From an uncultured Planctomycetaceae bacterium (lineage in GTDB: Bacteria; Planctomycetota; Phycisphaerae; SM23-33): a stretch of 64,000 nucleotides of DNA. The DNA lies in contig CAYLPJ010000028.1 of the NCBI GenBank assembly GCA_964385465.1, positions 11,789-75,788 on the forward strand, read 5' to 3'. The notes under the pieces were generated by a model that was not told where the DNA came from, ran no database searches, and saw nothing but the letters and a program-made list of their open reading frames with translations. A program made the position numbers and the translations under genes. This document shows, in pieces, positions 57,501 to 62,952 of this stretch. How positions within the stretch are numbered: position 1 is the stretch's first letter; each line of letters begins with the position of its first letter.

Positions 57501-59041
57501 CCATCCGCACGATGTACGTGCCCGAGGTCGCGGCGGGGTCCACCTGGAACCTGCCCGGCGGCGTGCTGGTCACGCAGGTCCTCTCGGACGTGACGAACCT
57601 GACCGTCGACGCCGGCGAGATGCGGACGGTGATCTTCCGCGGGCAGTACGCCGGCGGCTCCTTCACCGCCGACGAGGTCTCGCTGCTCCAGACGTGGGAC
57701 GCCGCCTCGGCGGACATCACCGTCACGCTCGGCGGGCTGCGGACGCTGATGATCCGCGGCGACTACGGCGGCGAGGCGACGGTGTTCGGCACGGTGTACA
57801 CCGCCCAGGTGCTTGGCGACTTCACCGGCGGGCTGGACGTGCTCTACGGCGACCTGTTCAACGTGATGGTCTGGGAGGACTGGACCGGCGTGATGAACGT
57901 CCGCCGCGGCGAGGTCCGCACCGCCACCGTGCTGTTCGGCGAGTTCGGCGGGCAGGACGATTCGGCCCTGCACTCCGCCGGCGGCGTGTGGGTCTTCAAC
58001 GTCGTTCGCGGCGACCTGAGCGGCATCCTCAACACCGACGGCAACATCCGCGTGCTCAGCGCCGCACTGGGCGAGGTCAGCGGTCGCATCCGCTCGGCCG
58101 GGTCGATCACCTCCGTGCTGCTGGGCAGCATGGACGGCGGGATCGTCACGGCGGGCAACGACCTGCTGTTCGTCACGATCCTCGGCGACATGTCGGCCAG
58201 CAGCCTGTACGCGGGCTTCGACCCGGGCTACGACCCGAACGGCAATCCGCTGTACAACGTGGAGCTCGACGGGCTGACGCCGACGATCTTCCGCACGGCG
58301 GCCAATGACGACGAAGCCCGCGGCGGGCGTGTGGCCAGCGTGGTGATCCGGGGCAACATGGCCCCTGAGTACGACGCGACGCGGGGCACGTGGACGGGTC
58401 GGGGCAGCACGATCGCCGCGGGGATCGACCCGGGCAACGACGGCTACGCGGGCACCTACGACGACGTGGTCCGCGGGGCCGGCACGGTGGACCTGGTGCG
58501 GGTCTTCGGCGGGATCTACGGCAACGGCAACAACGAGCACCTCTACGGCGTGTTCGCCGCCAGCGAGATGCCGCGGGTCTACCACCAGATCAACAAGATC
58601 TTCAACCTGGACGTCGACGACGTGACGACCACGGACGTCGGCGTCGGGATGACGCCCTCGACGGTCGGCCCGCTGCGGGTCGAGCGGGCGGTGCTCCAGG
58701 CCAGGTCGCTGGTGGTGCAGTTCAACCACGCGGTGAACCTGGGCACGCTGAACACCGGCGCGATCGACCCGAGCGAGCCGACGACCTTCGCGGTCTACAT
58801 CCCCGGCGACCCGACGCCGATCACCGACCAGGTCGCCAACGTGATGACCTGGGACCCCGTGGACAACGTCGCCACCCTGACGCTGACCGGCTCGGGGAGC
58901 TGGACGAACCTCCCGGGCAACCCCTCGGTGTTCACGCTGGTCCTGGACGGCTCGCGGATCACCGACCCGCGCGGCGTGCTGCTCGACGGCGACGCCGACG
59001 GCACGCCCGGCGGGGACTACACGCAGGTGTTCACGCGGTAA
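42563..59041 (+). CDS. Giant secreted/surface-type protein, 5,492 aa. N-terminal LEPR-x-LL-like motif, beta-propeller-like N-domain, three blocks of FG-GAP/VCBS repeats separated by beta-helix-like and PPC-like modules
   Basis: Complete ORF in the track. The N-terminus 'MSSFFETPSGPEFVPSFEPLEERLLLTT' has no hydrophobic signal peptide. More than 45 copies of 'L(A/G)(D/N)(L/V/F)(N/D)GDG..D(L/V)V(V/T)AN...(D/N)(T/S)(V/L)SVLLGNGDGTF' are present. A central region (about aa 2510-3610) has G/N-rich beta-helix-like repeats and a PPC-like segment 'SYFIDYVAIPMEAGQRVTLQGW...IYYLAVIAPTAPWIYKLEI'. Confidence 0.9.
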   Translation: MSSFFETPSGPEFVPSFEPLEERLLLTTIRGGEFFVYENSQNEAVRISLIGDREDAVEVFADHAHFGVVDLPGFYNGDPTDVVTWPAGESPTRQVWDANHQNSWYVWNQQGDTYLDPDGFQVSTTYGAQAEIFAIYVVNASPDTRLSISRVIPPNPAQPFTSGGGEAWYNRVDPWSGNVFNLATFDWMYEPNDVTDAPDNTGTVIVGARHYPLDDNQTQLRWVGVYGGTDPGGDCYETGVPQTGIFPGTAAYGPLYAGINVSDEAYRLASRTPLGRDVGSVAADDEGNVFAVDSSPFIGELINTSTSTGSLGDDVQAIAVNDQGTSYVADHSRQTALISTGTTAGAANALGNDLRTLAVYDNEFYAIEESNNTLLQIRPGNNEPVRSLGRVVDSVATANTFLNFIALETNPRAAGGELWGLAYGSADNALVLVKATIPGGVRTTVPFDRIAVLNTPEDGPWGANVVPGITAMAMRENSTTGLLEVWGVTGANQLVMINAGSGEVTLAGEDRVTGTPNPADFVLQTTGGGNVDTVIGLEFIGETLYAITRDEHLYRLDTAALATSSDIATDLGETQAPFAESLAYNAAQPARLFTITENNAALRLAAITVEASLESVDANGVGTIVGPLWDADEGTFAYNDVTGLDYAVYDPDDPANTDEFLYGLARISDLDPTGLPAAPEGVWIVRINEGNGQATRLARIVGPASLSSLAWNELNQQFYAIDPDNNQLYVLDPADIDDQGTPDSIDDVIDLTGQTTVTTGGTPVSLVSADFDGDTQADVAVLNQADDTVQIFLGNGDGTFTDSGTVAVGDGGVQIVAAQLSDDDASTVIDDSDNLDLVVVNTADGDVSILLGDGAGGFASAGDVAAGTDPSAVAVGDVNNDGNPDLAVANEGDDQAEVFLGNGNGTFGAGATFDVAGGPTGVTLADVDGNGNLDLITANGDDDSVSVLMGRGDGTFMEHEDYGPESVALGDLNGDGDTDLVVANRDGNTVSVLIGDGSGAFAGRWTYATGAAPMDVRLADMNGDGDLDAVTANQGGNNISVLLGDGSGGFGAATNTAVGAMPTDLDVGQIDNAGGLDVVVANRNDDTVTVLIGDGAGGFSGSATYNVGDSPSDVALGLMDGDAFNDIVVANQADDTVNVLVNDGAGGFTDAGVGSTFSVTTVDDGVQSPVGLAIGDADDDGTLDVVTANRLGETIAVLLGSGDGSLFALQLFPAGDSPTALALEDLTGDGAPEALVTDQVGDSVLVLMNNGDGTFTAPAADRTYNVGDNPATVVLGTVDGGSTLDLVSVGRGDDSAGVRLGEGSGTFGDLMSTTLGNRFDVGDNPVDVVAVDMDGDGNLDVLTANANDGSTQGTVSLLLGNGDGTFQAQTTQFTDIDPQQLLIDDLDGDGNWDILTANAGSDSVSARLGGGDGTFGGHLVYPVGTAPMSVGLADLDGDGQMDLLSANSGDDTLSVLLGNGDGSFGGELLLVGNTDPFVGIEWLTSPGGAQALLGVTASAAATPPTFDPPDSKLYTIDWTSGTVTELDDVNRYSPYEQPHIASLTSLAYSPLQPGYLWTTDRVIGYYDSYGNYIDDARVFIQIDDNGNEIPHLDTQDGDVLIERDMGYRLSRIRLSSALMNSNGQGDVDVQSILFDSDQGTHPFWIYDDVYALDRAPDGTLYAVAKARSLNPTTDPVDPGDPAATTKTWLVSIDTTFSLFSVDVVTRLAELPAGYEDVTTIAFSGDGTLYGVQDVVGGDRLFTFDQAGGTFTGAVTDIGLVSDALMNPLDLTGMDFQPDYVSALPGYGDGTFGMRFELATGNGPYLAPLVDLNGDGRVDLVTTNEFDDTFSVILSNPFSSTAYLDPVVYTVGDAPVSADFGKFNDDDPLDIVIANRDDDSVTVIFGGGNGTFQAVESAPADVLTAQLNDDDDDGDIDADDIPDIITVSAVDSTLTVLLGQAGGTYDGARSIYDVGTSPRTLLMGQLNDDNDDGLVNSDDWIDAITVNALDDTISVLLGNGNGTFAFPTTYDTGAVPFDGELVEVNGDGDLDVVVVNALDNTATVLLGDGDGGFAELIQAQPPTVGLAPTSLDMADLNGDGNLDIAAGNMLGTVTVIFGLGDGTFDATTTATYDVGSNPRDVTLVNLNDDNGDGFVNAGDVLDLVVGNYVDNEVSVLLGNADGTFDPETTFAAGTGPTSVTPASLNTDTDDFIDLVVTNGVTGEASVLTGNGDGTFNAPTAYTVGAGPVQAILSNVSGTATADLIVANETDATLSILEGSTDGTFGLQTVYDAGAVGTTYNNVGNDPSAVVVGDVNGDTIEDIVVANSNLDDTPGEDTVAVLIGNPDGTFNAPVSYAVGDRPVAVVLGDFNLDGWLDIATANNTADTVSILLGNGDGTFAAHVPYAAGDQPVDLALGDLNSDDVLDLVVANYGDGNVQFMLGAEDGTFAARQTLIVTGAPQSVELADLDGDGDLDIVAVSEEANAASVFLGKGDGFFSGNHQYAIENGPRSVRIGDMNSDGALEIVTGSLDDRFFGATADLLYEIDPATAILTEVDDGALALSGTVTGLGSNPLDSTFMWGTGQFGSGNIQNYYLLKIFNSADSAIQDMGTIRVSGTVAGRMWTAGNMGLIDIGFNWADTRVGRNLDWMVMRQGGGGRVVGTSVYLPYASTIKVGGTLNYVRTMGGTLYSSINVDNDADVFPMGLTFSERETYVTTEAAWHYYWIQGQFPRLPGSLGGLENNAPESAQFINHPTGTGTYYGSLSTLEETQTLPEEIPGLEGTSYFIDYVAIPMEAGQRVTLQGWFLLGVVWVPFYYSGNTAGGIKAHMFDSQGRWVAGNGYEMNDDYGVGSRYVYDSAELIDEQKPLDFVAREADIYYLAVIAPTAPWIYKLEIDTMPGAALGAVDIEGDYMGTLQAFAADNLPTMSEASPLGHYISNPFSPDDIVVEESGNLGAIRVAGLFGDGTTFLPSVHTIGGGGDLFALEGGTVAGVTVKAEGSIGRLASFDGDLGLSASAGFIGWQPEPYPYGQPYTDPHEWDAYIQTVVTVGSYGGALSATGSMGTMIIDGDFLASVVQVNSDEAGPVGEVDLIQVEGNWGSLMGVPTLYRGEDGDIGYVHVTGTIFQDFGAWIGQATPQRITDGDATNLYDDSGGQLTIDPIITQERDPVTGQPLTDADGNPIMHVPAYSYIIIGVDDFNNPGSGAGGVVARLTIDGNTSLSVTGDVKVGDLNMDYVPNPNVDYGMDIGGSGAFSVYYLNSTQPWDAYNNATDGDIVSGMLMGMGRIATGGDIGAQVSKLGTWVHGLDDAPVSADPDTEPQYGWHRGKVNGLQITGDVPEVSAGGFIRDLRVVGTLGAVVANADSITPGGEWHGVNGLIWSDRRIDSVAVGDGLADDGGVAKAAAGIMSGGTIGTVSIVGPRYVRNGVVFGEINGAVFGYINDIVNLVDQFGNTTSIERNSLGSIVGTNGAQLTAMVGGVGLSSFWTFTGSVSFLSGWMNGSYAGIGSISFSGAGAKIHGAEIAANYIGEVVAGSGSLGIEDSYISGDAARPDGLSVGRVAAGGPGMDRVTLSADGGDVGTIAGIDAVSDIYYSEFVVTDGGIDSVSARDLIETSIHAPKDLGSLRVTRDFGDVVSAGGSSTAYFLDGDGTGDFDIRTDSYPVGLGARDVALGDLNSDGWLDVVTVNDYRKDSYVTLLLSDEFGAYTAPIYYVTEAGPRAVELVDLNRDGHLDVVTANAKDNSVTILYGDGEGGFLDRRVFPAGEKPVALAVGDINGDGVADVVTANEESDDLSILINRGNGRLLDEIRVDAGDGPSSVIVGQLNDDNGDTFVTAADDLDIVVTNRLDDTATVLLGNGDGTFAAGVDYETGYYPMDLESGDLDNDGDLDLVVANRAERKVSILLGNGDGTFADQSKVYIGYVPHRIEVADFDADGNDDFVVAHEADDNMSVFLGAGDGTFTMSYLLELPSPVAALAVADMDFDGVLDIVPIARGDTVAGLLVGSIGSFYVGRDVTDSFIRVAGTVGSMKVGNRINSTDILLPGSAANLMYLEAAEDISGRIESHGRIGTIISRSGAIYAEINTTPEPGTPSNDVGRIVAEEGLFGWVDIAGSLNSLEVYTSLGVDPRDEGVPQEIVINGDLGVLRVVRRFGDPEANLFANVSVGGSIVSRVDVDGTLFGDLKVNGDANFLMFDGNLGFLDAGTGTTFGSVEVLGDLHIIRFATQGDLVADIISGGSLRNLTILNGNVEGDIVSRYGDILGLTVINGNVNGNVRGRSISFVNVIGRDPGTGDITGDLTATNGGIGRVTVSNGNILGNIDALNGSVDLLQVIRGNLGSAATQTTASATQGFGRINVILGDLLMDVLSRGKITGLMVNGNVTDVEISSTDEIGLFYVLGNNTMTGSTVRSAAGITRTFVQGDVTDSILSSGRDLDYITVLGDVTDSMFLAGWDTGWQNVSHYASNGDGTMTARPMLNAGADPRAVTMGDLNGDGYPDLVVANFDDDDISVRFNDGLGSFGPQVRYTMGDGPTAAVLADLDGDGNLDVLTANHEDDTVSTRLGDGAGGFGAEVVHAVGDGPRGLAVEDLTAGTDPDLLIAHDGDDTLWLVEGEGDGTFDVGAPEIAALPVGSGPVSIAVGDLDGLNQIDFAVAREGDGWVTVFLHDGVSSYVQDADYGVGTAPQSVDLGDADGDGDLDFVTANRGSDNVSVWLNNGDGTFAGAALYATGDAPTDARFVNMNADALPDIVTTDRDDGTISVLAAVGGGAYGAAAATTTAPLPQALAHADIDQDGDDDIIAVHDTTRVNPLNGGNAHAGRIRNFYISGDYNSSVTAAGIGPGPDGDFTTTGDNTVADGSSTIDIMRIAGTVQDTATSAFLADTSIYQRLLDGLPGSVVVPAQYHPTATPTGDGNDFGPSIGLTQTVWDDGAGFTIALRGGLEGMAHYDPATRTLTLKRTTNISSLVIRYTGAGQYAGGLPVTIVGAEDSGLALLQVLGDVVLGDVDIDGPIRTMYVPEVAAGSTWNLPGGVLVTQVLSDVTNLTVDAGEMRTVIFRGQYAGGSFTADEVSLLQTWDAASADITVTLGGLRTLMIRGDYGGEATVFGTVYTAQVLGDFTGGLDVLYGDLFNVMVWEDWTGVMNVRRGEVRTATVLFGEFGGQDDSALHSAGGVWVFNVVRGDLSGILNTDGNIRVLSAALGEVSGRIRSAGSITSVLLGSMDGGIVTAGNDLLFVTILGDMSASSLYAGFDPGYDPNGNPLYNVELDGLTPTIFRTAANDDEARGGRVASVVIRGNMAPEYDATRGTWTGRGSTIAAGIDPGNDGYAGTYDDVVRGAGTVDLVRVFGGIYGNGNNEHLYGVFAASEMPRVYHQINKIFNLDVDDVTTTDVGVGMTPSTVGPLRVERAVLQARSLVVQFNHAVNLGTLNTGAIDPSEPTTFAVYIPGDPTPITDQVANVMTWDPVDNVATLTLTGSGSWTNLPGNPSVFTLVLDGSRITDPRGVLLDGDADGTPGGDYTQVFTR
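44810..50090 (+). repeat. FG-GAP/VCBS tandem repeat block 1 of giant gene 2, interrupted by a roughly 320-aa inserted domain at about 46990-47950
   Basis: 'DFDGDTQADVAVLNQADDTVQIFLGNGDGTF' and about 35 further units. The recurring DNA motif is 'ctgctgggcaacggcgacgg(g/c)acgttc'. Confidence 0.6.
53460..54480 (+). repeat. FG-GAP/VCBS repeat block 2 of giant gene 2
   Basis: 'ALGDLNSDGWLDVVTVNDYRKDSYVTLLL', 'LVDLNRDGHLDVVTANAKDNSVTILYGDGEGGF' and further units. Confidence 0.55.
55900..56900 (+). repeat. FG-GAP/VCBS repeat block 3 of giant gene 2
   Basis: 'MGDLNGDGYPDLVVANFDDDDISVRFNDGLGSF', 'LADLDGDGNLDVLTANHEDDTVSTRLGDGAGGF' and further units. Confidence 0.55.
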
Positions 59042-59079
59042 CCGCCCCCGGGCGGGTCACCGCGACCCGACAACAGGAC

Positions 59080-59114
59080 GGCCCCGCCTTCGGAGAGGAA
59101 GGCGGGGCCGTTTT
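59080..59114 (+). terminator. Rho-independent terminator after giant gene 2
   Basis: A perfect 11-bp stem 'ggccccgcctt' (59080-59090) pairs with 'aaggcggggcc' (59099-59109) around an 8-nt loop, followed by 'gTTTTc'. It sits in the convergent gap between giant gene 2 and paaK. Confidence 0.6.
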
Positions 59115-59184
59115 CGTGGGGCGGCGGCGCGACCGCATGAGGGATGCGGCGGGACGGGGGGGCTCCCCGCGGCCGGGGGACGGA

Positions 59185-60507
59185 TCACGCCTTCTCGGCA
59201 CGGTGGTCGATGACCCGCCTCGCCTTGCCGGCGAACCGTTCGAGGGTGTTGGGGCTGACCAGCTCGACTTGCGCCCGGATGCCCGTGACGGCCTGGATCT
59301 CCCGGTCGATGCGGTCGCGGAGGGTCTGCATGTCGGCCATCGTGTCGGAGAAGTCCTGCTTGCGGACCTCGACCTGGACGCGCACGGCGTCGAGGTTGCC
59401 CGGGCGGGAGACCTCGATGAGGTAGTGCGGGGCCGTGCCCTCGACCCGCAGCAGGGCCTCCTCGATCTGGGATGGGAAGACGTTGACGCCGCGGATGATG
59501 AGCATGTCGTCGGTCCGCCCGACGACGCGGCTCATCCGCGCGGTGGTCCGCCCGCAGGCGCAGGGTGTGCGGTCCAGCGAGGCGATGTCCCGCGTGCGGT
59601 AGCGGATGATGGGGAAGGCCTGCTTGGTCATCGCCGTGAAGACCAGCTCGCCGCGCTCGCCGTCGCCGACCGGCTCGAGGGTCTCGGGGTCGAGGCATTC
59701 GACGAGGAAATGGTCCTCCTGGATGTGCATGCCGCACCGGGCGGCGCAGTCCCCGCTGACGCCCGGGCCGATCACCTCGCTGAGCCCGTAGTTGTTCATC
59801 GCGAAGATGTCCAGGGCGTTCTCGATCTGCCGCCGCATGTCCTCCGTCCAGGGCTCGCCGCCGAAATGCCCGAACTTCAGGGGCAGCCCGCGCGGGTCCA
59901 GGCCCTCCCTCGCCGCGACGTCGGCGATGTTCAACGCGTAGCTCGGCGTGCACACCAGCACCTCGGCGCCGAGGTCCTGCATCAGCATGATCTGGCGGCG
60001 CGTGTTGCCCGCCGCCGCCGGCACGATCGCCGCGCCCACCCGCTCGATGCCGTAGTGCAGCCCGAAGCCGCCGGTGAACAGCCCGTAGCCGAAGGCCACC
60101 TGCACCGTGTGCTCGGCACGCAGGCCGCCGGCGACGAGGAACCGGGCGCACAGCTCGGACCAGGTCCGGAGGTCCTCGGCCGTGTAGGCGACGAACGTCG
60201 GCTTGCCCGTCGTCCCCGACGAGCCGTGAATGCGGGCGATCCGCTCGCGCCCCACGGCGAGGAACCCCAGCGGGTAGTGCTGCCGCAGGTCCTCCTTGGT
60301 CGTCAGCGGCAGTCGGCGGAGGTCGTCGAGGCCGCGGATGTCGTCGGGGCCGACGCCGGCGTCGGCGAAGGCCCGGCGGTAGAAGGGCACGTCGGCGACG
60401 CGGCGGCAGACGTCCTTCAGCCGCGTCAACTGGATCTCGGCCAGCTCGTCGCGGGAGAGGGTCTCGGCGTCGCTGTGAATGCGGTTCTCGAAGGCCAGTT
60501 CGGTCAT
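59185..60507 (-). CDS. paaK: Phenylacetate-CoA ligase family protein (PaaK-like), copy 1
   Basis: 440 aa. 'IHGSSGTTGKPTFVAYTAEDL' is the AMP-binding P-loop. 'LFTGGFGLHYGIERVGAAIVPAAAGNTRRQIMLMQDLGAEVLVCTPSYAL' is characteristic of PaaK. Confidence 0.9.
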   Translation of the reverse strand: MTELAFENRIHSDAETLSRDELAEIQLTRLKDVCRRVADVPFYRRAFADAGVGPDDIRGLDDLRRLPLTTKEDLRQHYPLGFLAVGRERIARIHGSSGTTGKPTFVAYTAEDLRTWSELCARFLVAGGLRAEHTVQVAFGYGLFTGGFGLHYGIERVGAAIVPAAAGNTRRQIMLMQDLGAEVLVCTPSYALNIADVAAREGLDPRGLPLKFGHFGGEPWTEDMRRQIENALDIFAMNNYGLSEVIGPGVSGDCAARCGMHIQEDHFLVECLDPETLEPVGDGERGELVFTAMTKQAFPIIRYRTRDIASLDRTPCACGRTTARMSRVVGRTDDMLIIRGVNVFPSQIEEALLRVEGTAPHYLIEVSRPGNLDAVRVQVEVRKQDFSDTMADMQTLRDRIDREIQAVTGIRAQVELVSPNTLERFAGKARRVIDHRAEKA

Positions 60508-60607
60508 GGTCTCTCCGTGCGGGGGTTGCCGGCGGCGGCCCCGGCGGGGCGGTCACCCGGCGCGGGCGGCGCCGACCCGGGCGGGCGCGCCGCGTTCCGG
60601 CGGGGGG

Positions 60608-61045
60608 TCAGTCGCCGCTGCCGAAGAGCTCGACGTCCCGGACGACGTTGACGCCCTTGTCGCGGAGGGCGTTGACGGCCTTTTCGGCGTCGTCGAACCG
60701 GAAGACGAGCACGGCGCTGTCCTTGCTGCCGAACGTGAAGGCGTACATGTACTCGATGTTGACGTCGAGGTCCTCGAAGAGATCGAGCAGTTCGGCAAGC
60801 CCGCCGGGGCGGTCCTCGACCTCGATGGCCACGACCTCGGTGACCCGCACGACCGCGCCGGAGGCCTCCAGGACCTCCTTGGCCCGCTCCCACTCGCGGA
60901 CGATCAGCCGGAGGATGCCGAACTGCTGCGTGTCCGCCAGCGAGAGGGTGGCGATGTTGATCCCCGCCTCGGCCAGCAGCTTGCAGGGCTCGCTCAGCCG
61001 CCCGGGCTTGTTCTCGAGGAAGACGGAAAGCTGGTTGATCTTCAT
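60608..61045 (-). CDS. ACT domain-containing protein (tandem ACT, typically associated with paaK)
   Basis: 145 aa. 'MKINQLSVFLENKPGRLSEPCKLLAEAGINIATLSLAD' plus a second ACT repeat 'VVAIEVEDRPGGLAELLDLFEDLDVNIEYMYAF'. Confidence 0.85.
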   Translation of the reverse strand: MKINQLSVFLENKPGRLSEPCKLLAEAGINIATLSLADTQQFGILRLIVREWERAKEVLEASGAVVRVTEVVAIEVEDRPGGLAELLDLFEDLDVNIEYMYAFTFGSKDSAVLVFRFDDAEKAVNALRDKGVNVVRDVELFGSGD

Positions 61046-61079
61046 GGCAGGTCCTTTCGTGCCGCCTGGCTGCCGGCGG

Positions 61080-62411
61080 TCAGATCTGTCGGTTGTCGAT
61101 GACGCGCTTGGCCTTGCCGAGCGACCGCTCGATGGTGTGAGGCTCGACGAGGCTGACCTTCACCCGCAGGCCCAGCGTGTTCTCGATGGCGTGGGAGAGC
61201 TTGGCCTGGAGGTCCTCCATGGCCCCGATCTTGTCGCTGAAGACATCGCTGGTCACCTCGACGCGGACCTCCATGGAATCGAGGTTCTTGACGCGTTCGA
61301 GGATGATCTGGTAGTGCGGCAGCGTGCCCTCGACCGCAAGCAGGGCCGACTCGACCTGCGAGGGGAAGACGTTGACGCCGCGGATGATGAACATGTCGTC
61401 GCTTCGCCGCCCGATGCGCCGGATGCGGCGGATGGTCCGCCCGCACGCGCAGGGCTCGGTGATGAAGTTGGTGATGTCCCGCGTGCGGTAGCGGAGCATG
61501 GGCATCGCCTGCTTGCTGAGCGTCGTCAGCACGAGTTCGCCCTCGGCGCCCTCCTCGAGGACCTCCCCGCTGGCCGGGTCGATGATCTCGGGGTAGAAGT
61601 AGTCCTCGAAGATGTGCAGCCCGCTCTGGCAGCGGCACTCGCTGGCGACGCCGGGGCCGATGATCTCGCTGAGCCCGTAGATGTCGTAGGCCTTGATGCC
61701 GGACATCTTCTCGGCCCACTCGCGCATGGCGTCGGACCACGGCTCGGCCCCGAAGATGCCCGCGCGGATGGGCAGGTCCTTGAGGTCGACGCCCATCTCC
61801 AACGCCCGCTCGCAGATGTACATGAAGTAGCTGGGCGTGCAGCAGATCGCCGTGCTGCCGAAGTCCCGCATGATCATGATCTGCCGGTCGGTGTTGCCCC
61901 CGGAGATCGGGATCACCGTCGCGCCCAGCGTCTCGGCGCCGTAGTGGGCGCCCAGCCCGCCGGTGAACAGCCCGTAGCCGTAGGCGTTCTGAATGACGTC
62001 GCCCTTGCCGCACTCGCACGCGGCGAACGTGCGGACCATCACCTTCGACCAGACCTTCACGTCCTCGGCGGTGTAGGCCACCACGATCGGCTTGCCCGTC
62101 GTCCCGCTGGAGGCGTGCAGACGCACCACGTCGTGGATGTCGCTGGCGAACAGCCCGAACGGGTACGTCTCCCGGAGGTCCGTCTTCACCGTGAACGGCA
62201 GCTTGGAGATGTCCCCCAGCCGGCGGATGTCGTCCGGCGTCACCGATTGCTCGTCCATCCGCGCGCGGTAGAGCGCCTGGTGCTCGTACGCGCGGGCGAC
62301 CATCGTCTTCAGCCGCGTGAGCTGGAGCTCGCGAAGCCGGTCGGCGGGAAGGTAGTCCGGGCTGCTGGCGGGGTGGAACCCCGCCGCGGGGGCCTTGGCG
62401 GATGCGTTCAT
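61080..62411 (-). CDS. paaK: Phenylacetate-CoA ligase family protein (PaaK-like), copy 2
   Basis: 443 aa. 'LHASSGTTGKPIVVAYTAEDVKVWS' and 'LFTGGLGAHYGAETLGATVIPISGGNTDRQIMIMRDFGSTAICCTPSYFMYI'. A paralog of copy 1. Confidence 0.9.
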   Translation of the reverse strand: MNASAKAPAAGFHPASSPDYLPADRLRELQLTRLKTMVARAYEHQALYRARMDEQSVTPDDIRRLGDISKLPFTVKTDLRETYPFGLFASDIHDVVRLHASSGTTGKPIVVAYTAEDVKVWSKVMVRTFAACECGKGDVIQNAYGYGLFTGGLGAHYGAETLGATVIPISGGNTDRQIMIMRDFGSTAICCTPSYFMYICERALEMGVDLKDLPIRAGIFGAEPWSDAMREWAEKMSGIKAYDIYGLSEIIGPGVASECRCQSGLHIFEDYFYPEIIDPASGEVLEEGAEGELVLTTLSKQAMPMLRYRTRDITNFITEPCACGRTIRRIRRIGRRSDDMFIIRGVNVFPSQVESALLAVEGTLPHYQIILERVKNLDSMEVRVEVTSDVFSDKIGAMEDLQAKLSHAIENTLGLRVKVSLVEPHTIERSLGKAKRVIDNRQI

Positions 62412-62469
62412 CGATCGTCTCTCCCTTCTGTCGCTTCGCCTGCGGACGCCGCCCGCGGGCGGGCGTCGC

Positions 62470-62952
62470 TCACGCCCCGGCCGACCGGCCGAGGGCGAAC
62501 GCCTGTTCGTTCACCTCGTGGAGCTTCTCGGGCAGGTTGGCCCGCACGGCCGCCAACCAGTGCTCCTCGCCGATCGCATCGACGTGCCGGCTGAGCGCGC
62601 CGAGCAGGGCGACGTTGAGGCTCTTCTTGTTGCCCAGCGCGTCGGCGTCGATGGCGTCGGGCGGGATCAGCGTCCCGCCGTCGGCGAGTGCGTGGCGGTT
62701 GATGTCCACCTGGTCGGGCGAGAGGACCACGAGGTAGTCCGCCTCCCCGGCGGGCACCATCGGGCTGAGCACGCCCTCGCCGAAGCGGACGTCGCTGGTC
62801 ACCGATCCGCCCCGCTGGCTCATGCCATGCACCTCCGCCTTCTTGACGTCCAGCCCCGCGCGGAAGGCGGCGTCGGCAAGGATGTCCGACGCCTTCAGCA
62901 CGCCCTGTCCGCCCAGCCCCGCGAAGACCACGTTCGTGACGTTCTCAGCCAT
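62470..62952 (-). CDS. iorB: Indolepyruvate ferredoxin oxidoreductase subunit beta
   Basis: 160 aa. 'NVVFAGLGGQGVLKASDILADAAFRAGLDVKKAEVHGMSQRGGSV' is typical of the IorB / 2-oxoacid:ferredoxin oxidoreductase gamma family. Confidence 0.85.
   Translation of the reverse strand: MAENVTNVVFAGLGGQGVLKASDILADAAFRAGLDVKKAEVHGMSQRGGSVTSDVRFGEGVLSPMVPAGEADYLVVLSPDQVDINRHALADGGTLIPPDAIDADALGNKKSLNVALLGALSRHVDAIGEEHWLAAVRANLPEKLHEVNEQAFALGRSAGA

Noticed and set aside
59057-60556. 499-aa minus ORF overlapping paaK copy 1 in another frame
   Set aside because: The composition is Arg/Pro-rich ('MTAPPGPPPATPARRDHDRTG...'). The co-located 59185..60507 frame has clear PaaK motifs.
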